Source: an uncultured Verrucomicrobiae bacterium
GTDB lineage: Bacteria; Verrucomicrobiota; Verrucomicrobiia; Chthoniobacterales; Chthoniobacteraceae
Direction: 5' to 3'
Length of the DNA stretch: 64,000 nt
NCBI GenBank assembly: GCA_963836755.1
Contig: CAWIKF010000002.1
Coordinates: 96,001-160,000, forward strand
Positions 43,225 through 53,356 of this stretch are shown piece after piece. Made by a program: the position numbers and the translations under genes. Position 1 is the first letter of the stretch. Each line of letters begins with the position of its first letter. The notes under the pieces were generated by a model that worked only from the letters and a program-made list of their open reading frames with translations, was not told the DNA's origin and made no database searches.

Positions 43225-44357
43225 GAGTGGCCCTGCTGACGACCGACAGTCGCGAGCACTACCGCGATTATCGGGCTCCCGTGCCTTCCTTCGGCGCTGC
43301 GCCGGAAGCGTTGCTGGAGGGCTTCGCGATGCTGGACGAGGTAGAAGTGCATGTCATTTCATGCGTGCGCCAACCTGTAAATAGTCCCGAACGACTAGCG
43401 CGGAATGTATTCTACCACTCCCTGCTCGTGCCAAAGATCGGATGGATGACGAGTGGCTATCAAGGCTGCATTCGGGCGGTGCGTCGAAAGCTGCGGGAGA
43501 TCAATCCGCACATTGTTCATGGACAAGGAACCGAGCGGGATTGCGCAATGGAAGCGGTCTTCTCCGGCTCTCCGAATGTGCTGACGATCCATGGAAACAT
43601 GGCGGAGCTTGGCCGGTTATTTAAGGCAAGGATCGGGAGTTTTCACTGGCTCGCGGCGAAGCTGGAGAACTTCGCGTTGTCGCGAACGGCCGGCGTCTTC
43701 TGCAATTCGGCTTACACAGAATCCCTAGTGAAGCCTCGCGCCAAGAAGGTCTGGCGCGTTGCAAACGCGGTGCGATCCATTTTTTTTCAATCTTCCAGAC
43801 CTTCTCAATCCTCCGAAGTGCCGGTGATCGTCAATGTGGGACTAATTTCTCCACGCAAGCGGCAGAATGAAATTCTCGATCTTGCTGCTGATCTATTTAG
43901 GGAAGGGACACGCCCTCAGTTTCACTTCATCGGTCATATTCCGGATGATGATTACGGCAGGGAGTTTCGGCAAAAGATCGAGGCAGGCGAGCGGACTGGA
44001 TATGCTCGCTATCTGGGCACTAAAAGCGCCGGCGAACTGGTGAAGGTGTTCGATGACTCTGCTGCCATGATTCATTTCCCCATCGAAGAATCATTCGGCC
44101 TCGTTGTCGCAGAAGCCCTGGCTAGGAACCTGAAGTTCTTCGGCTCAGCAGTGGGTGGCATTGTTGATATCTCTCAGGGCATTGAAATGGCGGAGCTACA
44201 TCCGGCAAATGACTTTTTGGCATTGGAGAAAGGCATTATGAAGTGGATGAAAGAAGGATGCTGCAAACCGACGGCAGCTGCGCCGGCGATGCGGGAGCGC
44301 TATCATCCCGGGGTGATTGCGGCAAGGCACTTGGAGATATACAGGTCACTCGTGTGA
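43221..44357 (+). CDS. Glycosyltransferase family 4
   Basis: HGQGTE, RKRQ, EESFGLVVAEAL. Confidence 0.9.
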   Translation: MRVALLTTDSREHYRDYRAPVPSFGAAPEALLEGFAMLDEVEVHVISCVRQPVNSPERLARNVFYHSLLVPKIGWMTSGYQGCIRAVRRKLREINPHIVHGQGTERDCAMEAVFSGSPNVLTIHGNMAELGRLFKARIGSFHWLAAKLENFALSRTAGVFCNSAYTESLVKPRAKKVWRVANAVRSIFFQSSRPSQSSEVPVIVNVGLISPRKRQNEILDLAADLFREGTRPQFHFIGHIPDDDYGREFRQKIEAGERTGYARYLGTKSAGELVKVFDDSAAMIHFPIEESFGLVVAEALARNLKFFGSAVGGIVDISQGIEMAELHPANDFLALEKGIMKWMKEGCCKPTAAAPAMRERYHPGVIAARHLEIYRSLV

Positions 44358-44400
44358 CGGAGACTCTGGTCCTTCCACCCAACCTTATCCCCACTTAAAA

Positions 44401-45246
44401 TTGAACCACTCCAGTAACACTTTTCGATCCAGACTTCTGGTAGCTTTCTATCGCTTCTGGCATGGCCGTCTGCACTTGAAAGGAGCTGGCGCTCTTCTTC
44501 GTTTCGCATCGCGCTTCTTCCCGGAACTTCGTCGTTATAGCTTGAAAATTCCTCAGCTCGGAAAATTGAGCGTGGACTTAAAGGACCCATCTGGGATGGC
44601 GTGGTTGAACCGATCATTGGGGGAAACTGGCGAGGAAGAGGGAATGCTGATCGCGATCAAACGACTGTCGCCGAAGAATCCGGTGGTATGGGACATTGGC
44701 GCGAACGGCGGAGTCTTTGCGGCTACTTTAGCCGAACATTTAAAGAACTTTGCCGAAATCCATCTGTTCGAGCCGAATCCTGCGCTGATTCCAACTCTCA
44801 AGCAACTGTCACAGTGCATTCCCAAAATGCACGTGCATCATCTGGCGTTATCGGATTCGACTGGGATGTTGACGTTGCACATCCCATTGGATTCAAGCAT
44901 GACAGCTTCTTTGAGGGCAGTGAAAGGTTCGAGGCCGGTCGAGGTCGAATGCACCACCGGCGATCTGTTCCTGGCGGCTCAGTCATTGCCAGCGCCCGAT
45001 GTCGTGGTAATCGACACGGAAGGGAACGACTGCCACGTGATTCGCGGGTTGCAGGAACTGGTCGCGCAAAAACGGCCGGTTATTTTCTTCGAACATATCT
45101 TCGTGGGCGAAGAGAGCATTCGCGCAGTCGTTCCAAATAACTACGCTCACTATACGGTGGATGACGGAACCGGGGAACTGATGGAAGGCTTACATCCGAC
45201 TCGCGGACATAACTCAGTGCTTGTGCCTCGAGAAGCGCACAAATGA
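44401..45246 (+). CDS. FkbM family methyltransferase
   Basis: WDIGANGG, FEPNP, IDTEG. Start uncertain. Confidence 0.88.
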   Translation: MNHSSNTFRSRLLVAFYRFWHGRLHLKGAGALLRFASRFFPELRRYSLKIPQLGKLSVDLKDPSGMAWLNRSLGETGEEEGMLIAIKRLSPKNPVVWDIGANGGVFAATLAEHLKNFAEIHLFEPNPALIPTLKQLSQCIPKMHVHHLALSDSTGMLTLHIPLDSSMTASLRAVKGSRPVEVECTTGDLFLAAQSLPAPDVVVIDTEGNDCHVIRGLQELVAQKRPVIFFEHIFVGEESIRAVVPNNYAHYTVDDGTGELMEGLHPTRGHNSVLVPREAHK

Positions 45247-45247
45247 T

Positions 45248-46249
45248 CTAAGGCGCCGAGAGAGAAGTGTAGATGGCTGCGATGCTCTGAGCGATCTGTG
45301 ACCAGCTCTTTGGCTTGTCAGGCGTCGGAAGTGTCGGCGCCTTTTCATAAAACTCCCGAAGGATGGTAGCGCCGCGATCTAGCTTGGTGTCCAAAGGGAA
45401 GTAGACCGCCTTTTGTCCGAATACAGTTCGCGCCCATGGCAGATCGCTCAAGAGCAACGGGCAACCGCAGGCGGCGGCTTCCAGTGCAGAAAGACTAAGA
45501 CTTTCCATCGTGCTGAGGAGGATGAAGCCTCGCGACTCCCGAAGAATTTTAGCGAGAACCCGCCGGTCGGAGACAGCGCCTTCACAACGAAGAAGTTGCG
45601 GATGGTTCGCGACTAGACTTTGCAAGCGCCGTGCGTATTCATTTTCTTCATACGCCTTCCCGATGATCCAGAGCGGAGTCTTCGCAGCAACCGCGAGTTC
45701 GGCAGTTTCAAGGACACGTTTGCGTTCAGTAATCGTCGCGGTGCACACCAGCCACTCTTTCCGCGGAACTGCGGGCGCATCTAGAAATTCCCGCTCTACT
45801 CCATTCGGCACGACATAAGTCCGCGCCGCAGCCACGCCAAACATCTCTCGCATCAAGTAAGCCTCCCATTCGGTGAGAGCTATGAACGCGTCTGCCATCC
45901 GATAGGAATCCCATGCCATTCGCTCGATGAATGACTTGGGTAAAAGGCGCTTGGATGCTGAAGTAATCAACCTTTGCAAGCGGCGCTGCGTTGCCGGCCG
46001 AGAACCTACAGCAGTCAGCAATTCAGCCATCACGACCTTTACTCCTTTACCATGAGCAAAACGGATATAGGAGGGCGAAGCGCGTCCGAAGTAGTGGATG
46101 ATTTCCCCGCGTTGCCCGGCATCCCACCAGCGCAGCCATTCCACCTCTACGCCGATCTCTTCCAGCGCATTTTTAGTCTGCTCGATCTGGATTTGAAAAC
46201 CGCCATGCGCGAGAAAGAATGGATTGGGGTGGTCGAAGAGCACCTTCAT
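45248..46249 (-). CDS. Glycosyltransferase family 4
   Basis: AHGGFQIQ, VPNGV, ESLSLSALEAAACG. Confidence 0.9.
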   Translation of the reverse strand: MKVLFDHPNPFFLAHGGFQIQIEQTKNALEEIGVEVEWLRWWDAGQRGEIIHYFGRASPSYIRFAHGKGVKVVMAELLTAVGSRPATQRRLQRLITSASKRLLPKSFIERMAWDSYRMADAFIALTEWEAYLMREMFGVAAARTYVVPNGVEREFLDAPAVPRKEWLVCTATITERKRVLETAELAVAAKTPLWIIGKAYEENEYARRLQSLVANHPQLLRCEGAVSDRRVLAKILRESRGFILLSTMESLSLSALEAAACGCPLLLSDLPWARTVFGQKAVYFPLDTKLDRGATILREFYEKAPTLPTPDKPKSWSQIAQSIAAIYTSLSAP

Positions 46250-46329
46250 TTGGATTTATCCAATCAAGTTATCAAAGTCCGGGAAGCCTAAATATAACGC
46301 GGCAGCGTTCCCCGTTTTCAGAAAAGCTT

Positions 46330-47493
46330 TCATGTAAAAAAATCGCGCACGGTGCTTTTCAATAATTCAATATCCGCGGAAGGGCGATACTCATCGTCAG
46401 CAGGAAAGATAATATATCGATGCTTTATCTCGCGCGCGGCGCAGATCACTTCGTAGCAGGCGTTTAAAAAGTTGTCGGCAAAGAGTTCGAGCACGCGGCA
46501 ATCCGACGGTGCGAACAGAAGGTTTGTCAGCGCAGCGCCGTGATCGGCGCAGATCGCTTCGGCCTGCGAAAACAATGTGACCTGTTCGGTAAAGGTCAGC
46601 TTTTCCGGTCGAATAATTTCCCATCCGATCGATCCAAAGAAGTCGCAGATCGCTTCGCTGTTTATTGGCATCCGTGTGCCCGTTCGCGGAATATAGAATC
46701 GTCGCCGAGGCGCACCCGATGATGACGGGAATTTTTTCAGCACCATCGTTCTCACGGCATTCACCGCATATGGATTCATTGCTCCGGTCATCCCAGTGGG
46801 CGCGGAAAAAAAATAGTTCTCGAGAATCAAATGAGTTTCGGGTGTCGGTCGTATGCGATCTTGCAATCCTAGCAGAGCCAGACTTTCCCTCTGATAAGAT
46901 TCCAGCTGGGCCGGAACAAGGATGCGAGTTTCTGCGGGAAACTCCTCAAGAATGGCGAGGCGTGGAAGGGCATCCAACAGCCAATGGTAATAACCCTTGC
47001 CGAAAGGTATTACGAGGCTGGTCCATGTTCCATCGAGATATGTAGGAGCAGGCCGCCGCCAGGATCTGTATGCAGGATCTTCGTAATATGTTGGGCGGAA
47101 TAATGACTCCAGTGCGAGTCGCACTTGATTATTCATCAACGCCAGCGTCGGTCCAACGAGATGAATGCCGCTAAGCTGACCCCAGAAGATCGGCCACGGC
47201 TGATAATCATCCTGCTTCATTCCACAACGTCGCACCATTGAATCTTCGGGAAACTTCGGAAGTCGCTGACAGTCACATACAATTCGACCATGGATAGCAC
47301 CTTCTCGAACCAGCGAATCGAGAGAAAAAATTCCGCGAGGTAGGCCAAGAGGGATTGTGCCGGGGAATAAAGCTCGTGCGATGGTATATCCGAGATGGGT
47401 GAATTTCCGCACCATCAGGCGCAAGACCCCTCTGAGCCATGGCTTACTCCGCAAAAAACGGCGCACCTTCCGCGATGGAAGTGCTCGTTTCAA
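46330..47493 (-). CDS. Glycosyltransferase family 61 (DUF563)
   Basis: YYHWLLDALPRL, EQVTLFSQAE, HGAALTNLLF. Confidence 0.88.
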   Translation of the reverse strand: MKRALPSRKVRRFLRSKPWLRGVLRLMVRKFTHLGYTIARALFPGTIPLGLPRGIFSLDSLVREGAIHGRIVCDCQRLPKFPEDSMVRRCGMKQDDYQPWPIFWGQLSGIHLVGPTLALMNNQVRLALESLFRPTYYEDPAYRSWRRPAPTYLDGTWTSLVIPFGKGYYHWLLDALPRLAILEEFPAETRILVPAQLESYQRESLALLGLQDRIRPTPETHLILENYFFSAPTGMTGAMNPYAVNAVRTMVLKKFPSSSGAPRRRFYIPRTGTRMPINSEAICDFFGSIGWEIIRPEKLTFTEQVTLFSQAEAICADHGAALTNLLFAPSDCRVLELFADNFLNACYEVICAAREIKHRYIIFPADDEYRPSADIELLKSTVRDFFT

Positions 47494-47607
47494 GGGGAAG
47501 AGCAGATTGTTTTACTAAGAATATGTCGAGTTGGATAGACAGGTGATACTTTCATTCCTTAGTTTCTTTCTCTGGCTTAGTCTGCGAGACTTCAAAAGTC
47601 GCGCAAA

Positions 47608-48876
47608 ATGAAATCAGCGGAAACTATTCCTGACTGCCCGATCGGTGCCACCAACTCGCCCATGCCGGCCGGAGCCCGAATTCTTGCGTGCGTTCCCATG
47701 CCTTACTCCGAAACCGGCGGCTTTTGGTTTCGCGATCTCGGCCTGATTACTCTCACACTTCGGGAGATGGGATATGATGCGTCGCTCGTCACGCTCAAAA
47801 GAGAAGAAGATGAAAAAACAACGTCCCCAGTGATTGGAGCGAGCATGAGCGAGCTCAACTCAGCAGCATGGTGGCGATCGCTCAAACCCGATGGGATCAT
47901 CCTCAGCACGTGGTCTGCCCCTCGTTATGATGCGTTGCGTCGAGCAGCTGTGAGTAGCACAAACCGCGTCCTGGAAAAACTGGACACGGATGGCCATCGG
48001 TCTGCTCTCATTGGCGGGTGGGATTACTTTCTCGGATTCCTGAGCCACTATCGCGAATCCGATAGGTCTCGAGCCGAGAACTTACTCAGTCCTTTTCTTG
48101 CATCGGCACGGACGATCGCCTTGCGCTGGTTTCCATTTCTTCTGGAGCGCCCGATGGTTGAAACCATGGCCCTAATACCGGTTCTCACCGCGGAATCTCC
48201 GATTGCAGCGGTTCGAATGGAGCGGTTTTTGAAGTTATTCCTTCGTAATCCACCTCCAGTGCACTGCGTGTTACATCCAGTCAATGACCTCCGCATGCAG
48301 CCAGAGGTAGGGCGGAAACGAGACAACAAAGTAGTCTCTGTGGGCGGGTGGCATCGCTATCAAAAGGACTTTCCATTGCTTCTGAAGAGCTTGATTCTAT
48401 TTCTCGAATCTCAACCTTCCTGGCGCGCCGAAATTATTGGGCATCTCCCAGATGGCTTTAGCCTGCATGAAGTCGAGGCGAAGCAGGAGGTCAAATCGAG
48501 GTTGAATTTTTTGGGGCCTCTTTCAAATGAAGCTGTTGCCGAAAGAAATCAAACTTCAAAAATTTTCTTCGTCAGTTCCAGGCATGAGAGCTTTCACATC
48601 GCTGCCGCGGAAGCTCTTTGTTGTGGCTGCAGCGTTGTCGCTCCGTCCAGTATTGCCAGCATGATTTTTTTCGTCAGCGGAAACTCCGGCACACTGAGCC
48701 ACCGGAGGAGCCCATTGGATTTCGCAGACGCCTTGAATGCAGAGGTGATCGCGTGGGGCGAAGGTTGGAGGCAACCCGAAGAAATTTCCAAGACCTGGCG
48801 CAGTAGAGTAGGAGCTCATAACGTAGCGCAAAGGCTGCTGGACCTTTTGAATGCGTTTCCGCCGCGTGCAAAATGA
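47608..48876 (+). CDS. Glycosyltransferase family 4-like
   Basis: VGGW..YQKD, SRHESFHIAAAEALCCG. Confidence 0.85.
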   Translation: MKSAETIPDCPIGATNSPMPAGARILACVPMPYSETGGFWFRDLGLITLTLREMGYDASLVTLKREEDEKTTSPVIGASMSELNSAAWWRSLKPDGIILSTWSAPRYDALRRAAVSSTNRVLEKLDTDGHRSALIGGWDYFLGFLSHYRESDRSRAENLLSPFLASARTIALRWFPFLLERPMVETMALIPVLTAESPIAAVRMERFLKLFLRNPPPVHCVLHPVNDLRMQPEVGRKRDNKVVSVGGWHRYQKDFPLLLKSLILFLESQPSWRAEIIGHLPDGFSLHEVEAKQEVKSRLNFLGPLSNEAVAERNQTSKIFFVSSRHESFHIAAAEALCCGCSVVAPSSIASMIFFVSGNSGTLSHRRSPLDFADALNAEVIAWGEGWRQPEEISKTWRSRVGAHNVAQRLLDLLNAFPPRAK

Positions 48877-49724
48877 AATCCGAGGAAACCATTCCTGACT
48901 TTTCGATTATTACTCCGAGCTTTAATCAGCTCGAATGGTTGCGGCTTTGCAGGGCTTCGGTCGCGGATCAGACGGAAGTCGAGGCGGAACATATCGTCCA
49001 GGATGCCGGGACTGGTGTGGCCTTGGAAAACTGGGCTGCGACTCAAAATGGACTGCGGCTTTTTGTCGAGAAGGATGCCGGAATGTATGACGCCATCAAT
49101 CGTGGGTTGCGCCGGGCAAAAGGGACGTTCTGTGCATATCTAAATTGTGACGAGCAATATCTCCCAGCAGCTCTCGAGAAGGTAAAGGTTGCGTTTGCAC
49201 AAAGACCTGAGGTGGATGTCCTTTTTGGCGATGCTCTTCTTATCGATGACTCTGGCAGAGCGCTCTCCTATCGACGCACTGTAAATCCTTTCGCGCTGCA
49301 CACCCGGCTGGTTCATTTAAACACGCTAAGCTGTGCAATGTTTTTCCGGCGCCGCCTTTTGGACGAAGGCTTTTTGTTCCCGGACGAATACAAGATGATT
49401 GGGGACGCGGTCTTTATCTGGAATCTTTTGAAAGCGGGTAAAAGAACGGCCGTGCTGCATGAACCTCTCGCGGCGTTTACCTTTACGGGAGCAAATCTAG
49501 GGCAGACTGAAAAGGCTAGCAAAGAAGCGGCGGGATGGCGGGGAAGAGCTGATGCGCCATTGCCGCTTTTGAAATGGCCCGCGATCGTCGCTCATCGGCT
49601 GCAGAAGTGGATGGCGGGAGCTTATGAGCGCCGGACCCTGAGCTATTCCATCTACACGCGCGATTCGATCGACAAAAGGAAGCAGTTCACGGCCGAAAGC
49701 TTGGGCTGGGATTGGCCTCGGTAG
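48873..49724 (+). CDS. Glycosyltransferase family 2
   Basis: SIITPSFNQ, EKDAGMYDAINRG, YLNCDEQY. Confidence 0.9.
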   Translation: MKSEETIPDFSIITPSFNQLEWLRLCRASVADQTEVEAEHIVQDAGTGVALENWAATQNGLRLFVEKDAGMYDAINRGLRRAKGTFCAYLNCDEQYLPAALEKVKVAFAQRPEVDVLFGDALLIDDSGRALSYRRTVNPFALHTRLVHLNTLSCAMFFRRRLLDEGFLFPDEYKMIGDAVFIWNLLKAGKRTAVLHEPLAAFTFTGANLGQTEKASKEAAGWRGRADAPLPLLKWPAIVAHRLQKWMAGAYERRTLSYSIYTRDSIDKRKQFTAESLGWDWPR

Positions 49725-49730
49725 CACCAG

Positions 49731-50453
49731 CTATGGCTCCGGCGCCTCCGACTGCGCCGAAGGTTTGATGACGGTGATCAAGCAGCGACCTTGAGTCAGG
49801 TTGATTGGCATCAATATTCCGGCGTAGGCGTCCTCCGGACGGTTTATCATTTTGAGCCGGATGATCGATTCCTCGCTCCCCTTGCCGTCCAGCATCGTGA
49901 GATATTTCTGAACGGCGGTGCCTTGGTCCGAGACGTTCATAAAAAGGGCGAAGTAGGATTGCGCCGCGGCGGCTTCGTTGGATATTCCCATCCACTCGGA
50001 AGCTTCTTTGCTGATGAAGAGGATCACTCCATTCCTATCAGACACTACCACGGGAATGGGGATCCGTTTAAGAAAGAGAAGTAACTGTTCATGGTTGCCA
50101 GCGGCCCTTGCCCGAGTCATGCAAAGCACGAAGGCAATCCCTCCGCCCACGAGAGCACCTATGGAGCGCGTGTTAAAGTTTAAAGTCGTGTTGATCAGGC
50201 CGGGCTGCGAGAAGTTGAGATGGTAAAGCATCCAAACGGAAACCGAGGTGTAGACGAGCGCCCAAAAGGCCATGTAGATCGGACTAAGATACATGGCGAG
50301 AAGTCCCATCATCAGAAAATTCAAAGTAGGCGTGGTGACTGCGCCGGTGATGGAGTAGTGATCCGCGATAACGATCATTACCAGCGCGGTCGCTGGGAAG
50401 ACGAAATCGCTAATTGGATGGGATCTGGCGTCGTCGGGGGCAAATATGTTCAT
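49731..50453 (-). CDS. Membrane protein with C-terminal PAS-like domain
   Basis: About four TM helices, then IPIPVVVSDRNGVILFISKEASEWMG. Confidence 0.7.
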   Translation of the reverse strand: MNIFAPDDARSHPISDFVFPATALVMIVIADHYSITGAVTTPTLNFLMMGLLAMYLSPIYMAFWALVYTSVSVWMLYHLNFSQPGLINTTLNFNTRSIGALVGGGIAFVLCMTRARAAGNHEQLLLFLKRIPIPVVVSDRNGVILFISKEASEWMGISNEAAAAQSYFALFMNVSDQGTAVQKYLTMLDGKGSEESIIRLKMINRPEDAYAGILMPINLTQGRCLITVIKPSAQSEAPEP

Positions 50454-50480
50454 TGGGCTAGTTCTTCAAGCGCTGATACC

Positions 50481-52355
50481 TCACGTCACAGCTTCATAGA
50501 TTTTCAAGATCTTCGAAAGCCATTCCCGCTGGGAAAATTTCGCCTCGAGAACCCTTCGCCCTCGGACGCCCATTTCGTTGGTTTCCTGGGGCGATGAAAA
50601 AGCCTCGTCCAAGGTCGCGGCCAATGATTCTCGATCAAAGGGTTCGGCCAGTAGGCCTGTCTGCCCATGCGTGATCAGTTCGGGCAAAGCTCCGATTCTA
50701 TGGGCGACCACCGCCCGCGATTGCGACCACGATTCGAGGACGACCATGCCGAAAGGTTCCAGCCAGATGGAAGGCACCACTGAAAACAAGGCATCGTTCC
50801 AAATCTTCTGCTGTTCTTCCGCTGGGATAAAGCCGAGAAAGGTGACGTTAGTCATACCTTCGCTCCGGGTCATTGCCTTGAGCCGATCCGACTCCGGGCC
50901 ATCACCCATGATGACAAGGTTTCTATCCTTGCCGAGCTTGCTCCAAGCGGAGATGAGTTCAGCCACTCCCTTTTCCGGCGATAGTCGTCCGACAAAGAGC
51001 GCGTAGCCATTCGGAGCAGGTGGTGTCATTTGCCGCTTCGGCGTGTAGAAGTGGTAAAGCACCGTAATATTTTCTGCCGGGATTCCCATCTCGACGTGCT
51101 TGAGTTTCTGGCATTCGCTGATAGCTATCCATCGCGTTACCTTTTGAAAAACGCCCATGCTTCGGGAGTAAGAAAGAACTGCGCCCATCATGCCGCTGAA
51201 GAGATAACTGTCGTGCCACGCCTTTGTAGCAAGCGCAGGCCAGAAGTTCCCATTGATGCAGCGCTCGCAAGGCTTACCATGATTGATGAAAAAGCCATTG
51301 GTGCATCCGAACCGATAATTATGAAGGAAATGAACGATCGGGATACCCCATTCGCTCGCCAGTTCATAGATGATCGGAGAAAGCGCGGGGAATACGTTGT
51401 GGACCTGCCATAGGTCAAATCGACCGACCTCCTGGAAACGGCGCAGGCGCTTCTTAACCTCGAGGTTGCGAAAAACATAGAGTGGGATCAAAGACTTTTG
51501 CCGCAACGGGGTATTTAGGAAATCCTCCGTTGATCCGAGGAAGTATTCCACGTTGTGGAAATCTCTAATGGCATCGGCCATCCGATAGACACTTGATTCT
51601 TCTCCGCCATAAGCCTCGTAGCGGCTAAAGACCTGCAGGACGTTCAGGCGCGGTCTTAGTTGTCCGAAGGTCGCCGCCTTTGGTCGCAACATGGGCAAGC
51701 CACGAACTACCGAAGATTTTTGAAGCGCAAACCTGATGTCTTCAAAGTGCGCACGCAAAGCGTTTTGGAACTGCCAGCTGCCGGACGGGCCAGTCATGGG
51801 CTTGCCCGATATCCTGAGAGCAATTTCAGGAACGATGGCTGCGTCCCGGGTCTGAAACCAAAGTCCGTCTCGCATCGTGGAAATTGCCGAAGAAAGCGAC
51901 AGCGCCGGGAAGTCGAGCAACCGATGACTGATCCATCGCTCAAGACGACCGCCTTCGTTTTCCAACCAATCGCCGAGGCCGACGAAACGCCAGTCGAAGA
52001 TGACTTGTCGAAAGAAGGGCCGGCACAGGAGCATCACGACCCAGTCGCGGTAAAGCGGTCCGCGTCTGCCCGGGGCCGGTATGTAGTAGAACGACTTCAC
52101 TCCATAGCGGAAGCGGCACCAGATGGCTTCGAGGCAGTAGCGCAACACCAGCAGGAATTCGCCGGCGCTAAAATTGCCGCCGTTTCTCAGGCTCGATGTG
52201 ATCCTCGCGTCGACGTGGTAGCAGCCGATGCCGCCGCCTGTCGCAGGAAAGCGTTTTTTGCGTTGATCGCCGCCAAAGGCGTCGAGCATGAGCTTGACCA
52301 TGGAGCTTTCGCCATCATCCGGCGGTGCCGCGTGCGCAAAGACGAGGAGCTTCAT
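50481..52355 (-). CDS. Glycosyltransferase family 4 with an extra N-terminal GT-like domain
   Basis: MKLLVFAH... segment, then complete GT4 (GGEESSV, HNVFP, GRLSPEKG, PSIWLEPFGMVVLES); ATGA overlap with upstream gene. Confidence 0.88.
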   Translation of the reverse strand: MKLLVFAHAAPPDDGESSMVKLMLDAFGGDQRKKRFPATGGGIGCYHVDARITSSLRNGGNFSAGEFLLVLRYCLEAIWCRFRYGVKSFYYIPAPGRRGPLYRDWVVMLLCRPFFRQVIFDWRFVGLGDWLENEGGRLERWISHRLLDFPALSLSSAISTMRDGLWFQTRDAAIVPEIALRISGKPMTGPSGSWQFQNALRAHFEDIRFALQKSSVVRGLPMLRPKAATFGQLRPRLNVLQVFSRYEAYGGEESSVYRMADAIRDFHNVEYFLGSTEDFLNTPLRQKSLIPLYVFRNLEVKKRLRRFQEVGRFDLWQVHNVFPALSPIIYELASEWGIPIVHFLHNYRFGCTNGFFINHGKPCERCINGNFWPALATKAWHDSYLFSGMMGAVLSYSRSMGVFQKVTRWIAISECQKLKHVEMGIPAENITVLYHFYTPKRQMTPPAPNGYALFVGRLSPEKGVAELISAWSKLGKDRNLVIMGDGPESDRLKAMTRSEGMTNVTFLGFIPAEEQQKIWNDALFSVVPSIWLEPFGMVVLESWSQSRAVVAHRIGALPELITHGQTGLLAEPFDRESLAATLDEAFSSPQETNEMGVRGRRVLEAKFSQREWLSKILKIYEAVT

Positions 52356-53356
52356 TTTCTGCGGCTTTTCGACGCTGCTCGGTTTTGAAAGCTTTTCGTT
52401 TTTCTTTGAAGCTGAGCGGGCGCGGAAGTTTGACGCGGCATTGGCCAATCCAGAGCCGGATGGCCGGCAGGACGCCGCATGATCGCGCCCTGCCAGAAAA
52501 GTTTTACTGCATCCCAAAGGGTCTTTCGCGAAACGCCCCAGTTTTGGAAATGCCGATAATACCGCCCCGCGATATGCCGCCTAATGCGTCGACCATGCGG
52601 CAGATGCAGGCCGATGAAGGTCACGTTTTGCACCATCGCGCACTGTTTCCGATACTCGTTTTCGCGCGCTGTTTCTGATCCCAAAACATCAGGCACGACG
52701 TGATGAACGGTGGCGCGAGGCACGAAAACGCCACGGCGGCGCGCAGTGATGCGGAGTGAAAAATCAAAGTCTTCGCCACGCACCCAAAAGTCGCTTCGAT
52801 GGAATCCCACTTCCGCGATCGCACGCTGCGTGACGAGCAGCGCGACGCCGGTGCTCCACGAAAACAAGGCCGGTTCTGCGCCGCACTTTCCGATGTATTG
52901 CGCGGGCGTCTGCGGCGTGTCCAAGACGCGGAGTTTTCGTTCGTCGAGCACGCCGGGAGAAAGGACGATGCGTCCACGTGAATCGGCTACCATTGGGCAA
53001 GCCAGATCGGCTTTCTCTCGCGACATCGCCTCGAGTAAAAGTGCGAGCGCGTCCGGCTCGACGACCGCATCGTCATCAATCATCCAAAGGTGCGTGAGCT
53101 TGTCGCGAAAAGAATCGAGCGCTCTTTTCTCGCCGAGAGCGAGGCCACCGCCGCAGCCAAGATTTTGCGGCGACGAGACGTAGCGGGATGAAATCGTGCA
53201 CGTTTCCACCAGCTGACGCACGGCGGCTTCGGCACCATTGTCGACGACGACGATTCCGCCGAGCGGGTGCGCCGATTTTTCCAGAGAACGAAGCAGGCGC
53301 GCGAGCTCTTGCGACCGATGATGCGTCGCCACGACCGCGACGACATATGAAGTCAT
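52352..53356 (-). CDS. Glycosyltransferase family 2
   Basis: VVVDNG, NLGCGGG, WMIDDD, RGEDFDFSLR. Confidence 0.9.
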   Translation of the reverse strand: MTSYVVAVVATHHRSQELARLLRSLEKSAHPLGGIVVVDNGAEAAVRQLVETCTISSRYVSSPQNLGCGGGLALGEKRALDSFRDKLTHLWMIDDDAVVEPDALALLLEAMSREKADLACPMVADSRGRIVLSPGVLDERKLRVLDTPQTPAQYIGKCGAEPALFSWSTGVALLVTQRAIAEVGFHRSDFWVRGEDFDFSLRITARRRGVFVPRATVHHVVPDVLGSETARENEYRKQCAMVQNVTFIGLHLPHGRRIRRHIAGRYYRHFQNWGVSRKTLWDAVKLFWQGAIMRRPAGHPALDWPMPRQTSAPAQLQRKTKSFQNRAASKSRRK

